In this document: positions 43,910 to 54,187 of the stretch, one piece after another
Layout: the number at the start of each line of letters is the position of its first letter
Position numbering within the stretch: the stretch's first letter is position 1
Source: Spirochaetota bacterium
Lineage (GTDB): Bacteria; Spirochaetota; UBA12135; COTS27; CAXSBA01
Assembly (NCBI GenBank): GCA_965277105.1
Contig: OZ255710.1
Coordinates: 949,936-1,013,935, forward strand
DNA length: 64,000 bases
Direction: 5' to 3'
Made by a program: the position numbers and the translations under genes
The notes under the pieces: model-generated
Told to the model about the DNA's origin: nothing
The model's database searches: none
What the model saw: the letters and a program-made list of their open reading frames with translations, nothing else

Positions 43910-44413
43910 ATGCTTTTATTTTTGTATGAAACCATTTATCAAACTGGCTATGTTTTTTTTCCCCTATTTTTTTTAGGGCTTTTGGGCTGGGTAATTGTCC
44001 TAGATTTTATTTACTTTAACACTAACCTTCAAAAAAAAAAAAGCCTTTTAGAAAAGATCAATAGTAATTTTCAAAAAATCTACTTAAACAAAAATTTATC
44101 CAACGCCGCTTTAATTAAAGGCAAAAGAAGTTTAACCAATCATTTTTTTAGTGGCTATGAAAGCAACTTAAAAACCATTAAAGTCATTACCATCACCACC
44201 CCTCTTTTAGGACTCCTGGGAACCGTTTCGGGGATGATAAAAACTTTTTCTCTAATCTCACTTTATGGCAATGGCAATCCTTCTTTCATTACTGACGGAA
44301 TATCCGAAGCCCTTCTAACCACTCAGGCAGGGATTACCATTGCCTTCCCACTTTTACTTGCTTATAATTATTGCCAAAAAAAACTTAAAGACATTAAAAA
44401 AAGGATTAGCTAA
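43910..44413 (+). CDS. exbB: ExbB/TolQ proton-channel protein (short form)
   Basis: TTPLLGLLGTVSGMIKTF motif; contains A12 tract at 44031-44042. Confidence 0.8.
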   Translation: MLLFLYETIYQTGYVFFPLFFLGLLGWVIVLDFIYFNTNLQKKKSLLEKINSNFQKIYLNKNLSNAALIKGKRSLTNHFFSGYESNLKTIKVITITTPLLGLLGTVSGMIKTFSLISLYGNGNPSFITDGISEALLTTQAGITIAFPLLLAYNYCQKKLKDIKKRIS

Positions 44414-44416
44414 AAA

Positions 44417-45499
44417 ATGAAAAAAGCAAAAGCCCCAAGTGAAACTATAGTTGTTATCATTAATTTAGGGACGCCTAAAACCACTAGCCTAAGTGATGTT
44501 AGAAAATATTTGAGAGAGTTTTTGATGGACCCTTACGTTATTAATAAACCTTACTGGTTTCGGTGGTTGTTAGTTAATGGTATTATTGTTAATTTTCGAT
44601 CTTTTCAAACGAGAAAATCTTATGCTACCATTTGGCAAAAAGATGATCCTCTGGGCTCTCCTCTAGCGATTTACACCAAAAAGCTAGCAAGTGCCCTAGC
44701 GCAAAAAAGCAAAAAAAAAGTTTTCTGGGCTATGCGCTATGGAGAACCTTCCATTAAAAAGGTTATTGAAAAAGTCTTTAACATAACTAAAGAAAACGAA
44801 AAAAAATATAAGGTTGTTTTTCTCCCCCTTTATCCCCACTGGGCCATGAGCACCACACTTACAGTAGAAGAAGAAATTAATAAACACTGGGCTTCACTTA
44901 AAAAAACCACTAACTCTACTAGCGAAAAAGTCATTACCCCTGCTTTTTATAATGATAAAGACTACATCCAAACTTTAGCCGATACAATAAAGCCTTTCTT
45001 GAAAAAAAAATGGCAAAAAATAATTTTTAGCTATCATGGTATTCCCGAAAGCCATCTTAAAGCATGCGATCCTACGAAAAGTCACTGCTTGCAAAAGGAA
45101 AATTGCTGCTCGTTACATCACCAAACCACCGCTCATCAGTATTGCTACCGTCATCAAGTCATTCAAACAGCCATTTTAACGGCCAAGGCATTAAAAATAA
45201 AAGAAGAAGATTATCTCATTACTTTTCAATCAAGGCTAGGAAGAGAACCATGGTTAACTCCATTTACCGACAAAACCCTAGAAAAACTACCACAAGAGGG
45301 AGTGAAAAATATCCTAATGGTTTGCCCATCTTTTGTTTCGGATAACTTAGAAACTTTATTTGAGAACGGCATTGAAAACCAAGAATTATTTATTGAAGCA
45401 GGAGGTAAGTCGTTTACTCTAATCCCTTGCCTCAACTTAAATAAAAACTGGGTTAATTTCTTAAGCCAAAAAACAAAACCCGAGCGTAAGTCTAGTTAA
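44417..45499 (+). CDS. hemH: Ferrochelatase (with C-terminal Cys cluster suggestive of 2Fe-2S type)
   Basis: Conserved ferrochelatase body; CDPTKSHCLQKENCC...YC near C-terminus. Confidence 0.85.
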   Translation: MKKAKAPSETIVVIINLGTPKTTSLSDVRKYLREFLMDPYVINKPYWFRWLLVNGIIVNFRSFQTRKSYATIWQKDDPLGSPLAIYTKKLASALAQKSKKKVFWAMRYGEPSIKKVIEKVFNITKENEKKYKVVFLPLYPHWAMSTTLTVEEEINKHWASLKKTTNSTSEKVITPAFYNDKDYIQTLADTIKPFLKKKWQKIIFSYHGIPESHLKACDPTKSHCLQKENCCSLHHQTTAHQYCYRHQVIQTAILTAKALKIKEEDYLITFQSRLGREPWLTPFTDKTLEKLPQEGVKNILMVCPSFVSDNLETLFENGIENQELFIEAGGKSFTLIPCLNLNKNWVNFLSQKTKPERKSS

Positions 45500-45608
45500 C
45501 TTTTTTTAAAAGTTCTAATTTAATTTATTCTAACAAAACAACTATATAATATAATATTCTATATTAATTAGAATATAAACAAAAACCAACTATAAACGAT
45601 TATAAAAT

Positions 45609-47177
45609 ATGGACTTACAACAATACAACATTCAAGTAAAAGACATTCTTCATAATGAATCAGTACCCAAACTCTACGAGGAAGCGTTAAAATTTCAAAA
45701 ACACACTAAAATATCTAGTAACGGAGCTTTGGTGATTTACTCCGGGGATAAAACTGGGAGATCTCCTAACGACAAAAGGCTTGTCGACACTCCAGAAATT
45801 TCTGAAGACATTTGGTGGGATAACAACATTCCTATGAAAGAAAATAGCTTTATTATTAACCGGGAAAGAGCTATTGATTATCTCAACACTAGAGAAAAAT
45901 TATACGTTTTTGATGGCTTTGCCGGAGCTGATAAAAATTGTCAGATTAAGGTAAGGGTTATTTGTAGCATGGCTTATCACGCTCTTTTTATGCATAACAT
46001 GCTTATCCGTCCCCAAGCAGAAGATCTGAAAAATTTCAAACCTGATTTTGTTATTTTTAATAGTGGGGCTTTTCCCGCTAATCAATACACCAATGAAGTT
46101 ACTTCTAAAACCAGTGTGGATATTTGCTTCAAGCGAAAAGAGATGGTTATTTTAGGGACCCAGTATGCTGGGGAAATGAAAAAAGGGGTTTTTACAATTA
46201 TGAACTACCTCCTACCCAAAAAAAATATGCTCTCTATGCACTGCTCATGTAACGAAGGCCTTGATGGCAATAACGTTTCCTTATTTTTTGGACTCTCAGG
46301 AACTGGGAAAACTACCCTCTCAGCCGATCCTACTAGAAATCTTATTGGCGATGATGAGCATGGGTGGAATGATGATGGAGTATTTAACATTGAAGGAGGG
46401 TGCTATGCTAAGTGCATTGATCTTTCAATTGATCGAGAACCAGAAATTTATAACGCTATTAAGTTTGGAACTATTTTAGAAAACGTTGAGTTGTTTAAAA
46501 ACCGCCAACCTAACTTTCAAGATAATAGCATTACCGAAAACACCCGAGCAGCTTATCCAGTGAACTACATTGAAAATGCCAAACTCTCTGGGAAAGCTCA
46601 AACCCCTAATAACATTATCTTTCTCACTTGTGACGCTTTTGGCGTCTTACCTCCGGTAAGTAAGCTTAATAATCTCCAAGCAAGCTACCATTTCATTAGT
46701 GGGTACACCGCTAAAGTTGCTGGTACCGAGATGGGCGTCACCGAGCCCACCGCTAATTTTTCTGCTTGTTTTGGAGCGCCGTTTATGGTTTGGCATCCCA
46801 ACAAATACGCTGAACTACTAAGTGAAAAAATTGAAAAAAACCAAGTGGCGGTTTGGTTAGTGAATACTGGCTGGTTAGGTGGACCTTATGGGGTGGGGAA
46901 AAGGATCTCGCTAGCTTACACGAGGACCATTATAGAAGAAATTAATAACCAAAATCTCTTAAAGGAAAAATTCATCAATTTCCCTATATTTAATTTTGCC
47001 ATACCAACCCAGTGTGCCAATATTCCCGATAAGATTTTAAACCCTAAATTATCTTGGAAAAATCCTCAAAAATATGATGAAGGGTTAAAAAGGTTAGCTC
47101 ATCTATTTATTAATAATTTCAAAAATTTTTCTGCCGGAGTAAATGAAAAAATCAAAGAAGCTGGCCCTAAAGTATAA
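45609..47177 (+). CDS. pckA: Phosphoenolpyruvate carboxykinase (ATP)
   Basis: GLSGTGKTTLS kinase-1a motif and conserved PckA body. Confidence 0.9.
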   Translation: MDLQQYNIQVKDILHNESVPKLYEEALKFQKHTKISSNGALVIYSGDKTGRSPNDKRLVDTPEISEDIWWDNNIPMKENSFIINRERAIDYLNTREKLYVFDGFAGADKNCQIKVRVICSMAYHALFMHNMLIRPQAEDLKNFKPDFVIFNSGAFPANQYTNEVTSKTSVDICFKRKEMVILGTQYAGEMKKGVFTIMNYLLPKKNMLSMHCSCNEGLDGNNVSLFFGLSGTGKTTLSADPTRNLIGDDEHGWNDDGVFNIEGGCYAKCIDLSIDREPEIYNAIKFGTILENVELFKNRQPNFQDNSITENTRAAYPVNYIENAKLSGKAQTPNNIIFLTCDAFGVLPPVSKLNNLQASYHFISGYTAKVAGTEMGVTEPTANFSACFGAPFMVWHPNKYAELLSEKIEKNQVAVWLVNTGWLGGPYGVGKRISLAYTRTIIEEINNQNLLKEKFINFPIFNFAIPTQCANIPDKILNPKLSWKNPQKYDEGLKRLAHLFINNFKNFSAGVNEKIKEAGPKV

Positions 47178-47191
47178 AATAAATAAAACTA

Positions 47192-48466
47192 TTGAAAGAA
47201 AACTCTATCACTAATTCACTTATTCACTTTATAGAAAATACTCCTACCCCTTATCATATCTATGATGAAATTAGGAGAGAGTTGCTGAAAGAAAACTCTA
47301 TTAAAGAAGAAGAAAATTATTTCTCTTCTTCTTTAATCCCGAACACCACTTACCTCATAAAAAAGCGAGGGGCCGTGGCTTTTTTATTCAACAAAAAAAT
47401 AACCGAAAAAACTCGTTTTCATATTTGGGGGGCTCATAGTGACTCGCCTAGCTTAAAAATTAGAAGTAATAGTAATCGAAAACAAAACAACCTTACTTTT
47501 TTAAAAACTGAAATTTACGGGGGACCGATTATCAATACCTGGCTGGATAGGACTTTTTCTTTAGCTGGAAAAATTTACTATCAAGAAAATAACGGAATAA
47601 AAGAGAAACTAGTAAACTTTAACGAGCCTTTATTAACCATACCTAATGCAGCGATTCACATTAATCGAGAGATAAATAAGGGATTTAAAATTGATAAAGA
47701 AAAACACCTAAGTGCTATTTTTAGCTGTCAAGAAAAAGAACTAGAAAATTTTTTAAGTGCCAAGTTAGCTATTCCTTTAAAAAGTCTTCTTTCCTATGAT
47801 CTCCAACTCTCCCTTTTAGAAAAGCCTTCCCTTTTAGGAGAAAATCAAGAAATGATTCACTCCCCTCGATTGGATAACTTGCTAATGTGTCATGCTGGAC
47901 TTCAGGGGTTTCTGGCTAGTCGGAATCAAAGCGATGATAATATCATCCCCCTAGTAATTTTTTTCAACCACGAAGAAATTGGCAGTAGAAGTGACGAAGG
48001 TGCCCTTTCTTTTTTTTTAAAAGACATCCTTGATGGGCTATTAGAAGGAAAAGATTCTTTTACTAAAAAAAAAATTATTAATCAGAGTTTCTTTATATCG
48101 GCTGATGTCGCTCATGCTTTTCATCCCCAATATAATGAGCTATATGAAGAAGGGAATAACGTTTTATTTGGAAAAGGGATTGTGCTAAAGTATAGTTCTA
48201 ATCGCCATTATGTTAGCGAGAGTAGTAGTGTGGCTTATATAAAAAATATTCTTTTAAACAACAGCATCCCTTTTCAAGAAGCTAACTCCCATGGTGAGAT
48301 TCCTTGTGGCACTACTATTGGTCCTTTGATTAATAGCCAATTAGGCATTCCAACTATTGATCTAGGAAGCCCCTTGTTAGCTATGCACAGCATAAAAGAG
48401 CTAGCTAGCATCAGAGATCACGAAGCCATTATTCAACTGGCAAAAACTTTCTTAAAGAATAAATAA
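47192..48466 (+). CDS. M18-family aspartyl aminopeptidase (TTG start)
   Basis: TPTPYHIY N-terminus, HSDSPSLK and HEEIGS metal ligands. Confidence 0.8.
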   Translation: MKENSITNSLIHFIENTPTPYHIYDEIRRELLKENSIKEEENYFSSSLIPNTTYLIKKRGAVAFLFNKKITEKTRFHIWGAHSDSPSLKIRSNSNRKQNNLTFLKTEIYGGPIINTWLDRTFSLAGKIYYQENNGIKEKLVNFNEPLLTIPNAAIHINREINKGFKIDKEKHLSAIFSCQEKELENFLSAKLAIPLKSLLSYDLQLSLLEKPSLLGENQEMIHSPRLDNLLMCHAGLQGFLASRNQSDDNIIPLVIFFNHEEIGSRSDEGALSFFLKDILDGLLEGKDSFTKKKIINQSFFISADVAHAFHPQYNELYEEGNNVLFGKGIVLKYSSNRHYVSESSSVAYIKNILLNNSIPFQEANSHGEIPCGTTIGPLINSQLGIPTIDLGSPLLAMHSIKELASIRDHEAIIQLAKTFLKNK

Positions 48467-49426
48467 GTGAATACTCAACTTCGAAGATTACGTTATAATT
48501 CTATTTTAAGGGGTATGCTGGAAGAAACTTCTTTAATTAAAGAAAACTTCATTCAGCCGCTTTTCATTAAAGCTGGCCAAAATTTTAGTCAAGAAATAGA
48601 AAGTATGCCCGGGATTTATCAATTATCCTTAGATAAAACCATTCTCGCTATAGAAAAAATGCTCGAGAAAGGACTAAATAAATTCCTCCTTTTTGGCATA
48701 CCTCATAAAAAAGATGAAATAGGAAGCGACGTCTTATCGACTAAAGGAATTATGGCCGAAAGCATTTATCAACTAAAAAAAAAGTTTCCTGATATTTATC
48801 TTATTAGCGATGTTTGTTTCTGCGGGTACATGACCCATGGGCATTGTGGGTTTATTCATAATCAAGAAGTCGATAATGAAAAAACTATCCAAGGTTTAGC
48901 TGACCAAGCCCTCATTCACGCTCAAGCAGGAATTGATATGGTAGCACCTTCAGCGATGATGGATAATATGATTAAAAGCATTCGTTTAAAACTCGATGAA
49001 AATGGGTATCCTAGAATTCCCATTATGAGCTACGCAGTAAAATTTGCTTCTGCTTTTTATGGCCCTTTTAGAGAAGCCGCTGAGTCTTCACCACAGTTTG
49101 GTGATAGAAATACCTATCAACTTAATATGACTAACCCCAATGAGGCCATGCGAGAAGCCCTTTTAGACTTAGAAGAAGGGGCTGACATTATCATGGTAAA
49201 ACCTGGGATAGCCTACTTAGATATTTTGGCAAGATTACGAGAAAAAATCTTAGCTCCTTTAGCTGTTTATCAAGTATCAGGAGAATACACTATGCTAAAA
49301 TTAGCTGCGAGTAAAAAAACCATTGACGAAAAAAGAACCGTCCTAGAAACCATGATGGCTTTTAGGCGAGCTGGGGCGCAACTCATTATATCGTATTATA
49401 GCCAAGAGCTAGTAAGTTGGTTGTAA
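48467..49426 (+). CDS. hemB: Porphobilinogen synthase (zinc type; GTG start)
   Basis: Zn-site Cys triad (CFCGYMTHGHCG), active-site lysine region. Confidence 0.9.
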   Translation: MNTQLRRLRYNSILRGMLEETSLIKENFIQPLFIKAGQNFSQEIESMPGIYQLSLDKTILAIEKMLEKGLNKFLLFGIPHKKDEIGSDVLSTKGIMAESIYQLKKKFPDIYLISDVCFCGYMTHGHCGFIHNQEVDNEKTIQGLADQALIHAQAGIDMVAPSAMMDNMIKSIRLKLDENGYPRIPIMSYAVKFASAFYGPFREAAESSPQFGDRNTYQLNMTNPNEAMREALLDLEEGADIIMVKPGIAYLDILARLREKILAPLAVYQVSGEYTMLKLAASKKTIDEKRTVLETMMAFRRAGAQLIISYYSQELVSWL

Positions 49427-49458
49427 GCACTATCCCTTCTCTTATTTTTTAAATAAAA

Positions 49459-50097
49459 ATGATTAAAAAATATCAGGACTTAGTCAGCTATTTTTTAAAG
49501 CATTCCTTTCAGGAAATTCCTATTATTAGTGAAAACTCTTTTAATCAAGTTGTCAACAAAAAAAAACTATTAAAATTTATTCAGCAAGAAGGATTATTAG
49601 AAGAAAAGGTTGATGACAAATTTCATACAATTCTAACGTTTTTAAAAGAAGAAGAAATTAATAATTATTTCGAAAAAATTTTATCAACTAAGCATAAAAA
49701 AATCCCCGTTATTTTTTTTGATAACTTTATTGAAGTAAAAGTTATTCTCATTGAAAAATTTATTGAAGAATATAAAGAGATAAAAAATTTCTCCTTTGGT
49801 GATTTTTTGCTTTTTTATGAAGAAGAGCATTTCCCCATTTTTATTGTTAACAATCAAGAAAAAATTATTTTTAAAAACGAAAAATTTTTAAAAATTGAGA
49901 AGAAATTTTTTTCTAAAAAAAACGGAAAAGCAAAAGAGAAAGTTATAACTGATTTTTTAATCACCAGCAAAAAATCAAAAAAAAAAGTTTTCTTTTACAA
50001 AAAAAAACTAGCTAATCAAATCTTTTATTTCAAACTACAAAAATTAGCTATTCAAAATAGTTTGGTCTTTCAGTTCACTTTCATTACCAATAAATAA
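49459..50097 (+). CDS. Hypothetical Lys-rich protein (212 aa)
   Basis: ORF only; no motif recognised. Confidence 0.45.
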   Translation: MIKKYQDLVSYFLKHSFQEIPIISENSFNQVVNKKKLLKFIQQEGLLEEKVDDKFHTILTFLKEEEINNYFEKILSTKHKKIPVIFFDNFIEVKVILIEKFIEEYKEIKNFSFGDFLLFYEEEHFPIFIVNNQEKIIFKNEKFLKIEKKFFSKKNGKAKEKVITDFLITSKKSKKKVFFYKKKLANQIFYFKLQKLAIQNSLVFQFTFITNK

Positions 50098-50133
50098 TTG
50101 CTTGATTAATTACGATAATTAATACTATAAAAA

Positions 50134-50856
50134 ATGTTCGTTCCTTCTAAACTAAACTATCAAGTTAAACTTCCCCAGTGGAGTGGACCTCTCGATTTAT
50201 TGTTAGATTTAATTAAAACATCCAAACTAGACATTAGTACCATCTCCCTAGAAAAAATAACCGACCAGTACCTCTTAACCCTTGATATTTTAGAAAAGTT
50301 AAGCATCCCCCTAACTAGTGATTTTCTAGTAATGGCAGCTACCTTAACTTTAATTAAATCAAGGAAGCTACTCCCACAAGAAAAAGTGGAAATGGAAGAA
50401 ATAGAGGAAATGAATAGGGAAATTATTGAAAATTTACTCACCTACGAAAAATATAAAAACGCCTCTAAAAATCTTAAAAGTCTAGAGGAAAATGTTTTCT
50501 TTTTTAAAAGCAATAAAAAATCCGGCAAAAAAACTATCCCAACAAAAAAACTAGTAGATAAATGGCAAAATGTTGAACTAAAAGATTTGGTTATGCATAT
50601 GGCCAAAATAACTGATTTAAAAAAATTTTCTAACAACCTTAAAAAAATAAAAGCAATTTCTCTAAATGAAAAAATTGAATTTATTACCAAAAAACTAGCG
50701 CAAAAAAGCTACCTTATTTTCGAAGAACTTTTAGAAGATCCCCATAAACAAGAGATAATCGTTACATTTTGGGCGATTTTAGAGCTTTATAAAAATACTA
50801 AAATTAGCCTAAAGCAAAAAGAAGCTTTTAAAGAAATTCGTATTTCTCTGATTTAA
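50134..50856 (+). CDS. scpA: Segregation and condensation protein A
   Basis: N-terminal LPQWSGPLDLLLDLI kleisin motif. Confidence 0.8.
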   Translation: MFVPSKLNYQVKLPQWSGPLDLLLDLIKTSKLDISTISLEKITDQYLLTLDILEKLSIPLTSDFLVMAATLTLIKSRKLLPQEKVEMEEIEEMNREIIENLLTYEKYKNASKNLKSLEENVFFFKSNKKSGKKTIPTKKLVDKWQNVELKDLVMHMAKITDLKKFSNNLKKIKAISLNEKIEFITKKLAQKSYLIFEELLEDPHKQEIIVTFWAILELYKNTKISLKQKEAFKEIRISLI

Positions 50857-50919
50857 TTTCTTTGATTTAACAAATTTTCACCCAATACTAAGTAATCTTT
50901 CTTTATAAAGATGAAATAA

Positions 50920-50928
50920 TGGTATAAT
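50920..50928 (+). promoter_or_regulatory. Extended -10 promoter element TGgTATAAT upstream of the beta-propeller gene
   Basis: TG-n-TATAAT read directly about 40 nt upstream of ATG 50968. Confidence 0.4.
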
Positions 50929-50967
50929 ATTTTTCTAATCTTTATATAATCAAAGTAGTAAAAGCAT

Positions 50968-52347
50968 ATGATAAAAAAAAATAATGAATACACTTACTAC
51001 TTTTTTATTTTGTTACTATTTTTACTTTTTATTTTTAATAATAGAGAAATAAAAGCCGTTACTAATAGTTTTTCTACTAATGATAAACTTTTTAGTTCTT
51101 TAAGTTATGCATCTAAGGAAAATCCTATTTTTCCGTTAGCAGAAGATATTAAAAATAAAAATTATCAAGAAGAAACTACCAATAACTTTTTAGCTATTAA
51201 CATTAATTCTTCTAGCACTAATATTCTAGAGAATGTCGATAATATTGATGACGAAGATAACCCTAATTATCAGTTAGAAGGAGCTGGAGCGATTACTACT
51301 ACAAGAGTAGGAGAAAATACTTATCTTTTTGTTGCGGGATGGAATGACGAGGGGATAAGCGTTTTTCAAATAGCAAATAATGGGAAATTAAGCTACGTTG
51401 ATAGCGTAGATGATAAAGATAATCCTAATTATCAATTAGATAAAATCCAAGACATTACTTCTGCTGAAATAAATGGGAATACTTATCTTTTTGCTGGAGG
51501 TTGGGGAGGAAATTCTATAAGCACATTTAAAGTAACTAATGATGGTAAATTAATCTATTTTTTTAATAGTAAAAATAATAAGTCTTATATATTAAATGGA
51601 GTTAACTTCATTACTATTTATAAATATAATGGACAAAATTACCTTTTAGCCACTGGAGGACGAAATGATGAACTTAGCATATTTAAGGTAGAAAATAATG
51701 GTAGTTTAACTCCTATTCAAAGTATTCCTCGTAATATTTATGATAATATGGAAGTCATTAATTCAGTTACTTCTATAGGGCGTTATTTAATCATTGGTTC
51801 TGAAATCGGATATGAAGGCCATGTTAGTGGATTTATCGAAAATAATGAAAAATTATATCTTGAAGATAGCTTTATTTATAAGCCGAGCTATCAATTTAAA
51901 GGAAGTATCTACCTTAGGAGTAGTGCATTAAATGGCATCGCCCATCTTTTCATTGCTGGATTTTATGAAGACAGTATAGATGTATTTAAAATAAAGATAA
52001 ATAACAATAATTCTAGAGAATTTGGATTAGACTATATTGCTATCTTTAATGATTATGATAATCCTAATTATAAATTAAATGGGCCTAGGGATCTTACCAC
52101 TACTATTATCAATAATAGTACTTATCTTTTTGTTGCAGGATATTATGATGATGGAATAAGTGTATTTAAAATGACTAATAATGGTCAAGTGGTTCATATA
52201 GCTAGTGTAGATGATAAAGATAATCTTAACTATGAATTAGATGGGGTTCATTCACTTACTACTGCTACAATAAATGGGACAACCTATCTCTTCGCTGCGG
52301 GGTGGAGTGACAATGGCGTAAGTGTGTTTCGCTTAAATGTCAAGTAA
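50968..52347 (+). CDS. Secreted beta-propeller repeat protein with about 8 LVIVD-like ~50-aa repeats
   Basis: Signal peptide; recurring D-x-D-N-P-N-Y-x-L-D, T-Y-L-F-[VA]-A-G and G-I-S-V-F-K motifs. Confidence 0.7.
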   Translation: MIKKNNEYTYYFFILLLFLLFIFNNREIKAVTNSFSTNDKLFSSLSYASKENPIFPLAEDIKNKNYQEETTNNFLAININSSSTNILENVDNIDDEDNPNYQLEGAGAITTTRVGENTYLFVAGWNDEGISVFQIANNGKLSYVDSVDDKDNPNYQLDKIQDITSAEINGNTYLFAGGWGGNSISTFKVTNDGKLIYFFNSKNNKSYILNGVNFITIYKYNGQNYLLATGGRNDELSIFKVENNGSLTPIQSIPRNIYDNMEVINSVTSIGRYLIIGSEIGYEGHVSGFIENNEKLYLEDSFIYKPSYQFKGSIYLRSSALNGIAHLFIAGFYEDSIDVFKIKINNNNSREFGLDYIAIFNDYDNPNYKLNGPRDLTTTIINNSTYLFVAGYYDDGISVFKMTNNGQVVHIASVDDKDNLNYELDGVHSLTTATINGTTYLFAAGWSDNGVSVFRLNVK

Positions 52348-52348
52348 T

Positions 52349-52957
52349 TTACCCTAAATCCAATAAACACTCTTTCAAAAAATCTTCTAAAGAAGAAATT
52401 TTTTCATTGCGCTTAGAAACATTAGCTATGCTTTTTTTTATTTCAAAATCTTTATAACCTAACCCCAACAACGCTTCTCGAGCCTGCTTCGTTATCCGAG
52501 AATCGTCTTCTACTGAACTAGCCAAATCGGTCAAGTCTTCAAAATTTTCCTGCAGGAGTTTTTCTGCCTTTTTAGAAAGCTCTAATAAAATTCGTTTAGC
52601 GGTTTTCTCTCCTAGCCCCTTAATGGTTTTTAAATACTCTAAATTTTTTTGCACAATATTTCCTAAAAGCTCATCAACTTTTTGGTCTCTTAAAATTTTC
52701 ACCGCTAATTTAGGCCCAATCCCGCTAACCGAAATAAGCAACAAAAAGCAATCCCGCACCACTTTGGTAGCAAAACCAAAAAGAGCATTTTCTTGCTCAC
52801 TTATCTGCTGGTATAAATAAACACAAATAGTTTTTTCTAAAAAATCTTTAAAATAATTGTTTTCAGCAGTGAAAATTTTATAACCAATGCTATTATTTTC
52901 CAACACTAAGTAATCTTCACCAACTTCTACTACTTGCCCTTTTAAATAATCAAACAT
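52349..52957 (-). CDS. ruvA: Holliday junction branch migration complex subunit RuvA
   Basis: OB N-terminus, HhH pairs, C-terminal domain III. Stop is 1 nt from convergent upstream gene stop. Confidence 0.9.
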   Translation of the reverse strand: MFDYLKGQVVEVGEDYLVLENNSIGYKIFTAENNYFKDFLEKTICVYLYQQISEQENALFGFATKVVRDCFLLLISVSGIGPKLAVKILRDQKVDELLGNIVQKNLEYLKTIKGLGEKTAKRILLELSKKAEKLLQENFEDLTDLASSVEDDSRITKQAREALLGLGYKDFEIKKSIANVSKRNEKISSLEDFLKECLLDLG

Positions 52958-52958
52958 A

Positions 52959-53423
52959 TTAATGATGGCAGTACCAATGAGTTAAGGCAATCGCTAAAGC
53001 ATCAGCAGCGTCGTCTTGCTTGATAATGGTTTTTAAGTTGAGGATTTTTTTAAGCATCCACTGCACTTCTTTTTTATTAGCAGTACCTTTTAGAGCAATG
53101 GATTTTTTTATTTGAAGTGGAGAATACTCGCTAATCGGCAAATGGTTTTTTTTCATCACAAAAAGGATAGCCCCTCGAGCTTGAGCAACTTCTATGGCGG
53201 TTTTTTGATTGGTTTTAAAAAATAGTTTTTCAATAGCTGCCAAACGAGGCTTATGGGCTTGAATGAGATTATCCAAATTTTCCCCAATCTCTAACAGCCT
53301 AGCGAAATAATCTTTATCTTTACTAGTAGAAATAACTCCCACATCCACTACCTTAGGGGTATCCAATCCTGTGATAAACGCATAACCCAAAGTAGCATAG
53401 CCTGGGTCTATCCCCAGGATCAC
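52959..53423 (-). CDS. ruvC: Crossover junction endodeoxyribonuclease RuvC
   Basis: ILGIDPGYATLGYA N-terminus (RNase H-like fold catalytic Asp). Confidence 0.9.
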   Translation of the reverse strand: MILGIDPGYATLGYAFITGLDTPKVVDVGVISTSKDKDYFARLLEIGENLDNLIQAHKPRLAAIEKLFFKTNQKTAIEVAQARGAILFVMKKNHLPISEYSPLQIKKSIALKGTANKKEVQWMLKKILNLKTIIKQDDAADALAIALTHWYCHH

Positions 53424-54145
53424 TTTTTCAACTTTTCATTAGAAAAAACATTCTGGACATCTTCCAAATCATCCAATAACCCGATAATTTTCTCGACTTT
53501 TTGATAGGTTTCGTTTTCAACTTCAATGCTATTTTTAGCTACCATAGTTATTTCTGCGTTAGCTAATTCAAACTCTTTTTTAAATAAATCATTAATCACA
53601 TAAAAATTTTCTACTTCGGTGACAATGGTGTAGCCCTCTTCTTCCACCCGGACATCCTCTACTCCATTTTCTAACGCAAGATCCATAATCTGATCTTCTT
53701 CCGCTTTTTCTTTTTCTATTTGAATAATTCCTTTTTTTTCAAACAACCAAGCTACCGAACCATTTTCACCTAAACTACCCCCATGCTTAGAAAAGGTTGC
53801 TCTTACCTGGGAAACAGTTCGATTTCTATTATCAGTAAGGCATTCTACTAAAATAGCTACCCCGCTAGGCCCATACCCTTCATAGGTTATCTCTTGATAA
53901 TCAACCGCATCTTTTCCTTCGCCACTTCCTTTTTTAATAGCATTGTCAATATTTTTCGACGGCATACTAGCCTGCTTGGCTTTATAGACGGCTGCTTTCA
54001 AACGATGATTACTCACTACATCACTTCCTCCCATTTTAGCAGCAACGGTAATTTCTTTCACTAGCTTACTAAAAAGTTTTCCTCGTTTGGCGTCTTGTGC
54101 TCCTTTACGATGTTTAATCGTAGACCATTTACTATGTCCTGACAT
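53420..54145 (-). CDS. yebC: YebC/PmpR-family transcriptional regulator
   Basis: MSGHSKWSTIKHRKG N-terminal signature. Confidence 0.9.
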   Translation of the reverse strand: MSGHSKWSTIKHRKGAQDAKRGKLFSKLVKEITVAAKMGGSDVVSNHRLKAAVYKAKQASMPSKNIDNAIKKGSGEGKDAVDYQEITYEGYGPSGVAILVECLTDNRNRTVSQVRATFSKHGGSLGENGSVAWLFEKKGIIQIEKEKAEEDQIMDLALENGVEDVRVEEEGYTIVTEVENFYVINDLFKKEFELANAEITMVAKNSIEVENETYQKVEKIIGLLDDLEDVQNVFSNEKLKK

Positions 54146-54187
54146 AATTTTCCTTCACTAATTTTTTTTTTATTTCTTCTAACTTTT

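Noticed and set aside
45560-45585. Palindrome ATTCTA-n7-TAGAAT upstream of pckA as possible operator
   Set aside because: Six-bp AT-only palindromes are expected by chance at this base composition. There is no second copy or known regulator motif.
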